A stretch of 64,000 nucleotides of DNA from Candidatus Dojkabacteria bacterium (GTDB taxonomy: Bacteria > Patescibacteriota > Dojkabacteria > JAOAGR01): NCBI GenBank assembly GCA_025999155.1, contig AP026679.1, positions 85,776 through 149,775 on the forward strand, in the 5' to 3' direction. A model generated the notes under the pieces. It had not been told where the DNA came from. It searched no databases and saw nothing but the letters and a program-made list of their open reading frames with translations. Made by a program: the position numbers and the translations under genes. This document shows, piece after piece, positions 19,396-29,464 of the stretch (positions are counted from its first letter, which is position 1; every line of letters starts with the position of its first letter).

Positions 19396-22300
19396 ATGAC
19401 AAGACGAAAATCTTCTGCAACAGTCAAAACCAATCAGTTTGTTCGGACTGACATGAGCAGCCAATCAAACACGAATAGAATCTATTTAACCAAAAATAAA
19501 TTGTTTTATCCTATTCCTAATTTAGCTCAAGCTCAAAGGGACTCATACAGACGCTTTATCGAAGAAGATATTATAAAAATATTTGATTTAATTAATCCGA
19601 TTACCGATAATACAGGTAAGCTGTGGTCTCTAGAATTTATTAAACCAGAGTTGAGAAATCCTGAACGCAAAGAGCAGGAATGCCTAAGAAATGGCTTAAC
19701 TTACGAGGCTCCTTTGTATTGGCAAGTGCGACTTGTTAACCTTACCACTGGAGAAGCTAAAGAACAAACTGTGTTCATGGGCAATATTCCATTAATGACA
19801 CCACGCGGTACTTTTATTATTAATGGAGATGAAAGAGTTATTGTACACCAAATTATCCGCTCTGAAGGTGTTATGTTTCTCCGAAACGAATTGTACTCTA
19901 ACAATAGACCCTTGCACCTAGCAAAAATCATACCCACAAGGGGAGCTTGGTTTACGATTGACACTTCAAAAACTGGCGTTATCTCAATAAAATTTGGCCC
20001 AAGAAGACCAAGAATTAATATATGTACATTTTTGAGGGCAATGGGGTACAGCTCGGATGCCGAAATTATCAAATTATTTGCAGATGTCCCCCACAATAAT
20101 GAACTGCCGAACTTCATTGAAGTATCACTTGCAAAAGACCCAACTACTAACACAGCAGCGGCAATATTTGACATATACAGAGTTCTCAGACCGGATGTAA
20201 CCGCCAGTCTTGAAAATGCAAAAGCATATATAGATTCGCTTTTGTTCGATCCAAGAAAGCTTTACTTGGGGGATGTTGGCAGATACCAGCTCAACAAGAA
20301 ATTGGCTACAAAATACCACAGAGAACTAACAGAAGAAAATTACTCCTTACACTTGAGTGACATAATCGGGGTAATCGAACACTTACTTAAGGTAAATTAT
20401 GGTTATGAGACAATGGATGATGTTGATCATCTTGGAAACCGTCGTATCCGAAGCGTTAACGAATTATTAGGAGAAGTCGTAATAAATGCAGTTAAAAAAA
20501 TCGAAAAGAACACAAAGGACAAAATGAGTTTACACTCTACCGATGAATTATTGACTGCTAATGATGTAATGAGCTCTAGGCCACTGGTTACCGCATTAAA
20601 GGACTTTTTCGGAACAAGTCAGATTTCTAGATTTATGTCCCAGAAAAATGTTCTTGCAGAACTATCAAACCTCAGACACGTAACAGCTGGTGGACCAGGA
20701 GGACTAACAAAAGAAAGAGCTACTTTTTCTGTTCGCGACGTGCATCATTCTCAGTATGGAAGACTATGTGTGGTGCAAACGCCCGAAGGGACAAGTATTG
20801 GTGTAGTGAACCACTTAGCTTTATTCGCCAAAGTTAATAGATTTGGCTTTATAGAGGTTCCATATCGTAAGGTGGCTAAAAAGGCAAATTTAGAGAATGC
20901 ACTTAATCGAATTGTTGACGAGGATATCAAGCAAAAAAATAAAGTCGTGGTCAAAGCTGGAACCTTCATTACAGAAGAAATAGTTGAAACCCTCAAATCA
21001 CTAAATATTACGGAAGTAAATGTCAAACCTTACTTGACGGGTGAGATTGAATACCTAGATGCAGATACCGAAGACAAGTTCAAAATTTCTCATGCTTTAG
21101 TTGACGTCGACCAATTTTATAACATCCTCTCCGAAAAAATCCCAGTAAGACATGGAAATGAATACTACAACGGAAGTGTCTATGAAATAGATTATGTTGA
21201 TGTTGATCCTGCGGTTTCTGCCGGGGTAAACTTTGCTCTCACACCATTTGGTAATCATACCGTAGTCGACCGAAACCTCATTGAAGCATCTAATATGAAT
21301 CAAGCTGTACCCCTTGTAAATCCTGAACCTCCAATTGTGGGTACAGGCCTGGAAAGTGAAATAGCAAGGAAATCTGGTAGATCCCTCTATGCAACACGCC
21401 CTGGTATAGTTGAATATGTAGACGCCTCAAAAGTGGTAATACGTACTACTAATAATGTAAAAGATATATATGAACTGATTAAATTTCAGGCTTCTAATGA
21501 CAACACGCTTATTCACCATATTCCACGAGTGAATGTTGGACAAGTATTAAATGAGGGAGATTTGATAGCTGATGGAGCATCTGCAAAAGATGGCGAGTTA
21601 GCAATAGGTACAAACCTACTTACCGCATGTATGTTTTTTGATGGTGGTACTTTCGAAGACGGCTTTGCAATTTCTGAAAGAGTATTAAAAAGAAATTCCT
21701 TAACTGGAGTTTTAATTAAAACATATACACGAGATATAAGAGAAACCAAATTAGGTCCAGAAATATTAACAGCCGATATTCCCGGTGTGAGTGAGTCAAT
21801 GCTTGCGAAGTTAGATGAAAATGGGGTAGTACGTAAAGGTACAAAAGTCAAAACCGGAGATATTCTAGCAGGCATAGTCGCCCCTAAAGGAGATATAGAC
21901 AATACTCCAGAAGAAAAATTGCTAAGGTCTATATTTGGCAAAAGTGCGAGTGATGTCAAAAATGTATCTCTTACGATGCCCAATGGAGAGGAAGGTATTG
22001 TGATTGACACTCAAATCCTTGATCAAGACACTACGGAATTAGGTACTGGCGTCATAAAACAAGTCAAGATCTGGGTCGCAAAACTTCATAATATTAATAT
22101 AGGAGATAAATTATGTGATTTAGCTGGACAAAAAGGGGTTATTGCAAAAATAATACCAGAAGCAGACATGCCTTACCTACCAGATGGAACGCCGGTAGAT
22201 ATAATATTTGGGCCTTTGTTTTTGAAACGCATGAATGTATCATTACTGCGAGAAATGCACTTAGGTATGAAATGCAAGATTGCGGGTGTAAATGTTGCTG

Positions 22301-22806
22301 TACCATTATTTTCCCAAATTGATGAGTCTATAATAGATGAAATGATTAAAAATGCAGATGTACCGTACCAGGAAAAATACGACCTTTACGATGGAAGGAC
22401 CGGTGAGAAATTTGATCAAAAGGTAGCAGTTGGATATAAATACATCTTGAAAATCACTCATATAGCAGAAGAAAAAATCCACGCACGTTCTACAGGGCCT
22501 TATGCTGTTATTACACAACAGCCATTAGGTGGTAAAGCTCAATTTGGAGGACAAAGGTTTGGAGAAATGGAAGTATGGGCTTTAGAAGCGCATGGAGCCG
22601 GACATATACTAAAAGAAATGCTTACTATTAAATCTGACGATATTGAAGGTAGATCTAAGGCATATGAGGCGATTATCCATGGTCAACCTATAGTTATGGA
22701 AGGAACACCTGAATCTTTTAAAGTATTGATTAGTGAATTAAGAGCCTTAGGGCTTAACATACGGCTAATGAAAGCTAACGGAGAAGAAATATCTATAGAT
22801 AATTAA
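19396..22806 (+). CDS. rpoB: DNA-directed RNA polymerase subunit beta (divergent)
   Basis: GTFIINGDERV, DHLGNRRIR, GPGGL, HARSTGPY, QRFGEMEVWALEA. Confidence 0.99.
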   Translation: MTRRKSSATVKTNQFVRTDMSSQSNTNRIYLTKNKLFYPIPNLAQAQRDSYRRFIEEDIIKIFDLINPITDNTGKLWSLEFIKPELRNPERKEQECLRNGLTYEAPLYWQVRLVNLTTGEAKEQTVFMGNIPLMTPRGTFIINGDERVIVHQIIRSEGVMFLRNELYSNNRPLHLAKIIPTRGAWFTIDTSKTGVISIKFGPRRPRINICTFLRAMGYSSDAEIIKLFADVPHNNELPNFIEVSLAKDPTTNTAAAIFDIYRVLRPDVTASLENAKAYIDSLLFDPRKLYLGDVGRYQLNKKLATKYHRELTEENYSLHLSDIIGVIEHLLKVNYGYETMDDVDHLGNRRIRSVNELLGEVVINAVKKIEKNTKDKMSLHSTDELLTANDVMSSRPLVTALKDFFGTSQISRFMSQKNVLAELSNLRHVTAGGPGGLTKERATFSVRDVHHSQYGRLCVVQTPEGTSIGVVNHLALFAKVNRFGFIEVPYRKVAKKANLENALNRIVDEDIKQKNKVVVKAGTFITEEIVETLKSLNITEVNVKPYLTGEIEYLDADTEDKFKISHALVDVDQFYNILSEKIPVRHGNEYYNGSVYEIDYVDVDPAVSAGVNFALTPFGNHTVVDRNLIEASNMNQAVPLVNPEPPIVGTGLESEIARKSGRSLYATRPGIVEYVDASKVVIRTTNNVKDIYELIKFQASNDNTLIHHIPRVNVGQVLNEGDLIADGASAKDGELAIGTNLLTACMFFDGGTFEDGFAISERVLKRNSLTGVLIKTYTRDIRETKLGPEILTADIPGVSESMLAKLDENGVVRKGTKVKTGDILAGIVAPKGDIDNTPEEKLLRSIFGKSASDVKNVSLTMPNGEEGIVIDTQILDQDTTELGTGVIKQVKIWVAKLHNINIGDKLCDLAGQKGVIAKIIPEADMPYLPDGTPVDIIFGPLFLKRMNVSLLREMHLGMKCKIAGVNVAVPLFSQIDESIIDEMIKNADVPYQEKYDLYDGRTGEKFDQKVAVGYKYILKITHIAEEKIHARSTGPYAVITQQPLGGKAQFGGQRFGEMEVWALEAHGAGHILKEMLTIKSDDIEGRSKAYEAIIHGQPIVMEGTPESFKVLISELRALGLNIRLMKANGEEISIDN

Positions 22807-22821
22807 AATATCTGATAAGCT

Positions 22822-25800
22822 ATGAAAACATTAAATTTTGATTATTTACAAATACAGTTAGCATCCCCTGAAGAAATTCTCAAATGGTCAAGGGGAGAAG
22901 TAAAAAAAGCTGAAACTATTAATTATCGAACACATCGGCCCGAACCTGATGGGCTTATGTGTGAAAAGATTTTTGGGCCAACAAAAGATTATGAGTGTTA
23001 TTGTGGCAAATACAAAAAATACAAATATAAAGGAGTCATTTGTGATAAATGTGGAGTTGAAGTAACAAGCAAATCTGTAAGACGTGAACGTATGGGGCAT
23101 ATTAGGCTTGCCTCTCCTGTTGCCCATGTCTGGTATGCTAATGGAATACCAAATAAATTATCAATACTGCTAGATATTCCTCACAAAAAACTTCAATCTG
23201 TCATCTACTTTTCTAGATATCTCGTTGTTGAATCGGATGAAGACGGTAAGGCTTTAGCTATTGAGCAATTAGAATCAATAAGAAAGGATAGACTACACGA
23301 AATTGATGATAATGTCGGTAATAAAATCAAAGCCCTAGAGACAAAGCTTGCTGAAGATATTGAAAAGTTAAAACAGCAAAACGGCCGTACAGAAAATGAA
23401 GAGTTTGAACTAGAAATTGAAAATCTCGAGCATAAAGCAAGGCAATCTATAGCGAAAGTAAGGGAAGAAGCAGTAAAACAGAAAGAACAAGTCGAATCAC
23501 AAATAAACTTTCTGAAGGAACTTGTCGAAAAAATACAAGTCGGAGAAACCATTACAGAGGAAGAGAAAGTATTATTAATGGAGTATGATATCTCCTTTTT
23601 TAGTCTGAAAATGGGAGCTGAGGCGGTTCAATATCTCTTACAGAAATTAGATTTAGAAGCACTAAAATCTGATCTACTGAAAGATATCAAATCTTCAAAT
23701 TTACAAAAAAGACTGAAGGCGACTGTGCGCCTGAGATTAGTTAATGCTTTAATCTTAAACAAGATAAAACCCGAATGGATGGTCCTAGATGTAATTCCTG
23801 TCCTTCCGCCAGAATTAAGACCTATAGTGCAGATATCGGGAGGGCGATTTGCTACTGCCGACTTAAATGATTTATATAGGCGTGTCATTAACCGTAATAA
23901 TCGATTAAAAAGATTAATTGATTTAGGTGCTCCAGAAGTTATCTTGAGAAATGAAAAACGGATGCTTCAAGAGGCTGTAGATGCCTTGTTAGATAACGAA
24001 CACCGTATTGGAGCCCCCGTCGTTAATAAGAAAAAAATCCCATTAAAATCAATATCTGCTTCACTAAGAGGAAAACAAGGTCGATTTAGACAAAATCTTC
24101 TTGGAAAAAGAGTTGATTATTCAGGTCGTGCAGTAATCGTAAGTGCTGGTAGAGATTTGAAGATTACACAAGTAGGTGTGCCAAAACACATGGCATTAGA
24201 ACTATTCAAACCTTTCGTGATACACCAACTCATAGAAAGGGGTCTGGCAGCAAATGCGCGCAGTGCAAGACTCATGATAGAAGAACAAGATAAGTCAGAT
24301 GAAGTTTGGAATGTACTCGAAGAAGTAATAAAAGGACACCCAGTACTCATTAACCGTGCTCCTACGTTACATAAACAGAGTATACAAGCATATTTCCCGG
24401 TGCTTGTAGAAGGAGACGCTATCAGAATACACCCTCTCATTGTAGATGGATTTAATGCTGACTTCGATGGAGACCAAATGGGAATTCACGTGCCTATTAC
24501 AAAAGAGGCAATCGATGAAGCAATAAACCTTATGATGACAGATTCCAATCTATTGAAGGCGTCCAGTGGAGAATTCATAATGAATCCAGGTAAAGACTTG
24601 ATTCAAGCGCTTTTCTATTTGACAACTCTTCAGAAAAATCCTGAACACGATAAGCCTTTGTATTTTGCGGCACCTATTTACGCAGAACAGGCATATCAAA
24701 ATTATCAAATAACTTTACGTGAGCCTATTTTTGCTTATATCAATGATGAGTTGATAGAAACTTCTGTTGGGAGAATAATCTTTAACCAGATGTTCCCACC
24801 ACAAATGCAATTTGTGAATCAAACTGTTGATAAAAAAGTACTAAAGAAGATACTCTTAAAGCTATATGAGAATTTCTCTACAAATGAAGTGCTTGCAACT
24901 TTGGACAAGATTAATGATATTGGATTTAAATACTCTACAATGTCTGGCTTTTCAATGGGTATATCCGACCTAGTTTCAATACCAGAACTAGATCAAATTA
25001 TTGAAGAAGCTGTACGGAAAAATGAGGAAATTGAGGAATACTATCGACTTGGTTTACTGACTCCTAAAGATAAATCTGAACAATTTCGAAAACTTTGGAT
25101 CGAACAAGTTGTGCCAACCGTAGAAAAAAGAACAAAAGATTTTTTGCCAGAAGGTAATGCTCTAAAAGAAGTTGCTGAATCTGGCTCACGTTTTTCGTAT
25201 GATGTCATCAACCAAATAGTCGGTTTAAAAGGGCCTATTACAGATGCTACGCAAAGATTAGTAGAGCTGCCAATTACCTCAAACTATCTAAAAGGGTTTG
25301 GTCCTTTTGAATACTTTATATCAGCAAAAGGTTCTCGCAAAGGATTGGTTGATAAAGCTTTACGTACTGCTGATTCAGGTTACCTGACACGCAGGCTTTG
25401 TGAAGTGTCGCAAGACTGCCTTGTTCGCGAAGAAGATTGTGGCGGTGAGAAAGGAATAAAAGTGAGCGTAGAACAAGATGAATATAGAATGCTTAAATTT
25501 AAAGAAAGAATTACTGGTAGAACAACATCCAAAGATGTCATAAATGATAAAGGAGAGGTAATAGTCCCATCACACACCTTAATTACCCCACAACTCGCAG
25601 AAACTATAGTAGCAGCGGGCATTACAGAAATTGAAATTCGTTCACCACTGACATGTAAAACAAAATTCGGTGTATGTCAAAAATGTTATGGTATTGACCA
25701 CTCTACAAATAAGTTAGTGAAAATTGGCAAAGCCGTAGGTATACTTGCAGCTCAATCCTTAGGGGAACCAGCAACTCAGCTTGTGCTTAGAACATTCTAC

Positions 25801-26772
25801 AAAGCAGGTGCAGGCACGGATATCACTCAAGGTATGCCAAGATTGCAAGAATTATTTGAAGCAAGAATACCAAAGGGTAAGGCAGTGATAGCTGAAATAC
25901 CTGGTCGAGTTGAAATTAGCGACGATGGAAAAGGCTACTATATTGTCAAAATAAAAAATAACATAACCGATACAGTAGAGTACCCCTATACAGAGGAGGA
26001 TAAATTAATGATTAAACAAAAAGTTAGAAGTGTTAAACCAGGCGATTTGTTATTTGTCAGACCTGACGGCACAGAAATTACTTCATCTCGAAAAGGTAAA
26101 GTTATACTAAAACCAAATAAAATTATTATCGAAAGCCAAACCCATGAAGAGGTAGAATACAGAATCTCTAAAGAACAAGAACTACTAGTATCTGGTAACG
26201 ATGAAATTGAGGCTGGTGTTCAAATCACAAGGGGTAATATTGATCCAAGACAATTACTGCAGACCAAAGGATTACTTGAGGCTCAGATGTATTTGATTGA
26301 TGAAATCCAAAAAGTGTATATATCTGAAGGTGTATCTTTAGGAGATAAACATATTGAAATCATTGTATCTCAAATGGGTAGATATGTGAAAATCGAAGAT
26401 CCTGGAGATACAGAAATGGTAGCTGGCGAAATAAGAGATAAATATGTGATTGAAGAAATCAACGAATTATTGAAAGAACGTGGAGGGAAACAAGTCAAGA
26501 CTTCACCATTACTACTGGGTATCACATTGGCTACATTAAAGACGGAGTCTTTCCTAGCTGCAGCTTCATTCCAGGAGCAAGTCCGTGTACTCTCTGATGC
26601 AGCTCTAATGGGTAAGAAAGACCCACTACGTGGCTTGAAGGAAAATATTATAATCGGCAAATTAATCCCAGTAGGAGAAAATGCAAGATTAAAACCAGAA
26701 CTTGAACGAATGCTATCTGAATCAGAAATTAAAGTATCAAATGCTGATATGAAAAAATCAGACGAAAATTAA
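22822..26772 (+). CDS. rpoC: DNA-directed RNA polymerase subunit beta'
   Basis: Zn finger, NADFDGD catalytic motif, GYLTRRL, GLKENIIIG. Confidence 0.99.
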   Translation: MKTLNFDYLQIQLASPEEILKWSRGEVKKAETINYRTHRPEPDGLMCEKIFGPTKDYECYCGKYKKYKYKGVICDKCGVEVTSKSVRRERMGHIRLASPVAHVWYANGIPNKLSILLDIPHKKLQSVIYFSRYLVVESDEDGKALAIEQLESIRKDRLHEIDDNVGNKIKALETKLAEDIEKLKQQNGRTENEEFELEIENLEHKARQSIAKVREEAVKQKEQVESQINFLKELVEKIQVGETITEEEKVLLMEYDISFFSLKMGAEAVQYLLQKLDLEALKSDLLKDIKSSNLQKRLKATVRLRLVNALILNKIKPEWMVLDVIPVLPPELRPIVQISGGRFATADLNDLYRRVINRNNRLKRLIDLGAPEVILRNEKRMLQEAVDALLDNEHRIGAPVVNKKKIPLKSISASLRGKQGRFRQNLLGKRVDYSGRAVIVSAGRDLKITQVGVPKHMALELFKPFVIHQLIERGLAANARSARLMIEEQDKSDEVWNVLEEVIKGHPVLINRAPTLHKQSIQAYFPVLVEGDAIRIHPLIVDGFNADFDGDQMGIHVPITKEAIDEAINLMMTDSNLLKASSGEFIMNPGKDLIQALFYLTTLQKNPEHDKPLYFAAPIYAEQAYQNYQITLREPIFAYINDELIETSVGRIIFNQMFPPQMQFVNQTVDKKVLKKILLKLYENFSTNEVLATLDKINDIGFKYSTMSGFSMGISDLVSIPELDQIIEEAVRKNEEIEEYYRLGLLTPKDKSEQFRKLWIEQVVPTVEKRTKDFLPEGNALKEVAESGSRFSYDVINQIVGLKGPITDATQRLVELPITSNYLKGFGPFEYFISAKGSRKGLVDKALRTADSGYLTRRLCEVSQDCLVREEDCGGEKGIKVSVEQDEYRMLKFKERITGRTTSKDVINDKGEVIVPSHTLITPQLAETIVAAGITEIEIRSPLTCKTKFGVCQKCYGIDHSTNKLVKIGKAVGILAAQSLGEPATQLVLRTFYKAGAGTDITQGMPRLQELFEARIPKGKAVIAEIPGRVEISDDGKGYYIVKIKNNITDTVEYPYTEEDKLMIKQKVRSVKPGDLLFVRPDGTEITSSRKGKVILKPNKIIIESQTHEEVEYRISKEQELLVSGNDEIEAGVQITRGNIDPRQLLQTKGLLEAQMYLIDEIQKVYISEGVSLGDKHIEIIVSQMGRYVKIEDPGDTEMVAGEIRDKYVIEEINELLKERGGKQVKTSPLLLGITLATLKTESFLAAASFQEQVRVLSDAALMGKKDPLRGLKENIIIGKLIPVGENARLKPELERMLSESEIKVSNADMKKSDEN

Positions 26773-26795
26773 AAATCTGATATAATACAAAAATT

Positions 26796-27209
26796 ATGGC
26801 AAGAATAAGTCAATTAATAAGAAAACCAAGAAAACCAAAAAAGAAAAAGGACAAATTAGCTATTCTGCATACAAACCTGAACCACAATACCCTAAAAAAG
26901 ACGTATGCAAACAATCCTTTCAAACGGGGTGTATGCATCAGTGTCAGGACTACAACTCCTAAAAAACCAAACTCAGCTCTCCGCAAGATTGCAAAAGTCA
27001 GGTTGTCTAATAAAGAAACAATAACTGCTTATATCCCAGGTATAGGGCATAATCTGCAGGAGCATTCGGTAGTATTAGTCAGAGGGGGGAGAGTTAAAGA
27101 CCTCATTGGAGTTAAGTACACTATCGTACGAGGAGTGCTTGATACTGCAGGAGTCGAAAACCGTCAGACATCAAGATCTCAATACGGAGTCAAGAAACCA
27201 AAGAATTAG
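26796..27209 (+). CDS. rpsL: 30S ribosomal protein S12
   Basis: [34 protein letters not shown]. Confidence 0.98.
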   Translation: MARISQLIRKPRKPKKKKDKLAILHTNLNHNTLKKTYANNPFKRGVCISVRTTTPKKPNSALRKIAKVRLSNKETITAYIPGIGHNLQEHSVVLVRGGRVKDLIGVKYTIVRGVLDTAGVENRQTSRSQYGVKKPKN

Positions 27210-27251
27210 TTTTTATATTAATTAATTGAGTAAAAGGATAGATAATTGGAG

Positions 27252-27280
27252 GGGAAAGTCTAGCAGGCTTTCCCATTTTT
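27252..27280 (+). terminator. Intrinsic terminator after rpsL
   Basis: GGGAAAGTCT-agc-AGGCTTTCCC followed by ATTTTT. Confidence 0.75.
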
Positions 27281-27312
27281 ATTTGTGCTTTCACTCATAG
27301 AAATCAACAATT

Positions 27313-27855
27313 TTATATTTCATGTACTTCAAACACTTTGCGTTTGAGATCATATATACCAATTGTAAAAATTTCATTATTACGTTTTTTAAAAGGAATC
27401 GAGTAAGATAGAGCCCCAGGGTTGAGAACTTTCGTATTCCTAATAAAATCCTCACTAGGTTTGTGTGTATGACCGACAAACAAAGCTTCCAATCTGTGTG
27501 TTTGTAAAATCTCATCAAGTTTAATTTTTTTATGACCGTGGTAAATACCAAACTCTCGATCTTTCACTTTAAATATAATATACTCATCACCTTTTTTAGG
27601 TAGATCCACGGGTGCCGCAAGCGTCGAATTAATTGCATAAAATTCATCTGTGTATTTAATATCATTATTCCCTAAAACACCACATAATCGAATTTTTCTC
27701 TGTTGAGCCTCTGATGCAATAAAAAGGAAAGTCTCTGGTGTCACCCAATCACCGCAATGTAAAACAATGAATATTGATTTTTCTAAAAAAATATCTAAAG
27801 CTTCTATTGTTTTTTCTATATTGTCATGAGTATCAGAAATTACTCCTAACTGCAT
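27313..27855 (-). CDS. YfcE/MJ0936-family metallophosphoesterase
   Basis: ISDTHDN, HCGD, GNND, YHG, GHTH, NPG. Confidence 0.93.
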   Translation of the reverse strand: MQLGVISDTHDNIEKTIEALDIFLEKSIFIVLHCGDWVTPETFLFIASEAQQRKIRLCGVLGNNDIKYTDEFYAINSTLAAPVDLPKKGDEYIIFKVKDREFGIYHGHKKIKLDEILQTHRLEALFVGHTHKPSEDFIRNTKVLNPGALSYSIPFKKRNNEIFTIGIYDLKRKVFEVHEI

Positions 27856-27941
27856 ACGGAATTGATTATATAAAAATTAAATAAAAAGAGATAACTAAAT
27901 AGATCTATATATAAAGCAAATGTTTTAGTGTACAATGTAAC

Positions 27942-28583
27942 ATGACTAAATTAGTCGGATTTATATTTGGGCCTAATGGATCAGGCAAAGGTACATTAGC
28001 GGATAAACTGACAGAAAAGGGATACATACATATTGGAGGAGGTAATCTGATTCGCCAGTGGGCACAAAAACATAATAGAACAGATATTATCGATAAAATT
28101 TCACAGGGTAACTTTATTGATAATGATCTACTGTCATCCATATTAGAAGAAAAATTATCTGAAGTGAGTTCTTCTCATAAATTACTGTTTGAAGGTATTC
28201 CGAGGAAAAAATCACAAATTACAATTGTTAAAAACTTACTGCACGATTATGGCTATAAGCCAGCATGGATCATTGTTCTACACGCGCCGTTAGAAGTACT
28301 TATCGAAAGAGTAAGCAACAGAGTTTTTGGACCCGATGGCAAAGTATACCATATGACATTAAATCCACCACCAGCTCATTTTAAAATGTCCCAACTTAAA
28401 ATGAGACCTGACGATAGATCAGAAATAGCCAAAAAAAGATATGAATATTATATCACTCATACTCTAGAATGTGTTTCTGATGAATTTTTTCTCGACACTC
28501 CCGTCAAAACTATAGATGCCACGCAATCGATAGATAAAGTGTACTCGGAAAGTATTGAATTTATAAGTCAAATTGTCGGATAA
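27942..28583 (+). CDS. adk: Adenylate kinase
   Basis: GPNGSGKGT P-loop, EGIPR, lid region YH...NPPP, RPDD. Confidence 0.88.
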   Translation: MTKLVGFIFGPNGSGKGTLADKLTEKGYIHIGGGNLIRQWAQKHNRTDIIDKISQGNFIDNDLLSSILEEKLSEVSSSHKLLFEGIPRKKSQITIVKNLLHDYGYKPAWIIVLHAPLEVLIERVSNRVFGPDGKVYHMTLNPPPAHFKMSQLKMRPDDRSEIAKKRYEYYITHTLECVSDEFFLDTPVKTIDATQSIDKVYSESIEFISQIVG

Positions 28584-29433
28584 ACTTGCTACAAGAGGAC
28601 AACTTGTTATCCCAAATTTCAATCTCGAACTCACTTTGTATGGAGGACAAGCTTTTAATTGGATACGTATTGGTAACAAGCATTTCGGAGTTTTCCAAGA
28701 TAAAGTTATCAAGTTGATGTATAAAGACCCAATTCTGTATTGGCATAGTAGCAAACCAATAGAAGAAAATATAATACTTGAATATTTTGACTACTTTACT
28801 GATTATCAATGTATTTATGGACAGATTCTGCAAGACGAGAGCTTATCTAAATTACAACATGCCTATTCAGGCATACGATTACTAAAACAAAACTTATGGC
28901 AGACAATAGTGTCGTTTGTTGTATCACAAAACAATAATATTCCTAAGATAAAGACAAGTTTAGATAAATTAGCAAAGCTAAATAAACGTGTAATCCACTT
29001 CGACAATAGATCTTTTTACGCTTTTCCTACAATAGACGAACTTTTAAAAATGTCAGAGCAAGAATTACAAGCCTGTTCACTAGGGTATCGATCAAAATAT
29101 CTTTATTTAGTAACACAATCCGTGGCTAAAACAGAACTACTCTATCAAACAAATATAAGTTACAAGACATTGCGTAAATCTCTTTTAGACATGTATGGTA
29201 TTGGAGAAAAAGTAGCTGATTGCATACTAGTTTTTGGTTATGGAGTACGAAATCTTGCCCCCATTGACATTTGGGTTAGACGTGGTGCTATTGAAACTTT
29301 CAACCTCTCTCCTAGATCAACTTATAAACAAATCCAACATTATCTAGTTTCTAAATTTGGCGAATATACAGCGTATGCTGCACAGATTCTATTTGAATCT
29401 TTTAGATTAAAAGCTAAACAAAAGACTACTTGA
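28573..29433 (+). CDS. 8-oxoguanine DNA glycosylase (OGG1-like, HhH-GPD)
   Basis: GQAFNW, GIRLLKQ, SQNNNI, LGYR, GIGEKVADC...PID; TTG start uncertain. Confidence 0.9.
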   Translation: MSDKLATRGQLVIPNFNLELTLYGGQAFNWIRIGNKHFGVFQDKVIKLMYKDPILYWHSSKPIEENIILEYFDYFTDYQCIYGQILQDESLSKLQHAYSGIRLLKQNLWQTIVSFVVSQNNNIPKIKTSLDKLAKLNKRVIHFDNRSFYAFPTIDELLKMSEQELQACSLGYRSKYLYLVTQSVAKTELLYQTNISYKTLRKSLLDMYGIGEKVADCILVFGYGVRNLAPIDIWVRRGAIETFNLSPRSTYKQIQHYLVSKFGEYTAYAAQILFESFRLKAKQKTT

Positions 29434-29464
29434 ATCGTAAGCAGGAAAGTATATATAATCTGGC

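Noticed and set aside
19701-26660. Multiple antisense ORFs within rpoB and rpoC
   Set aside because: Shadow ORFs of long coding genes with no independent signals.
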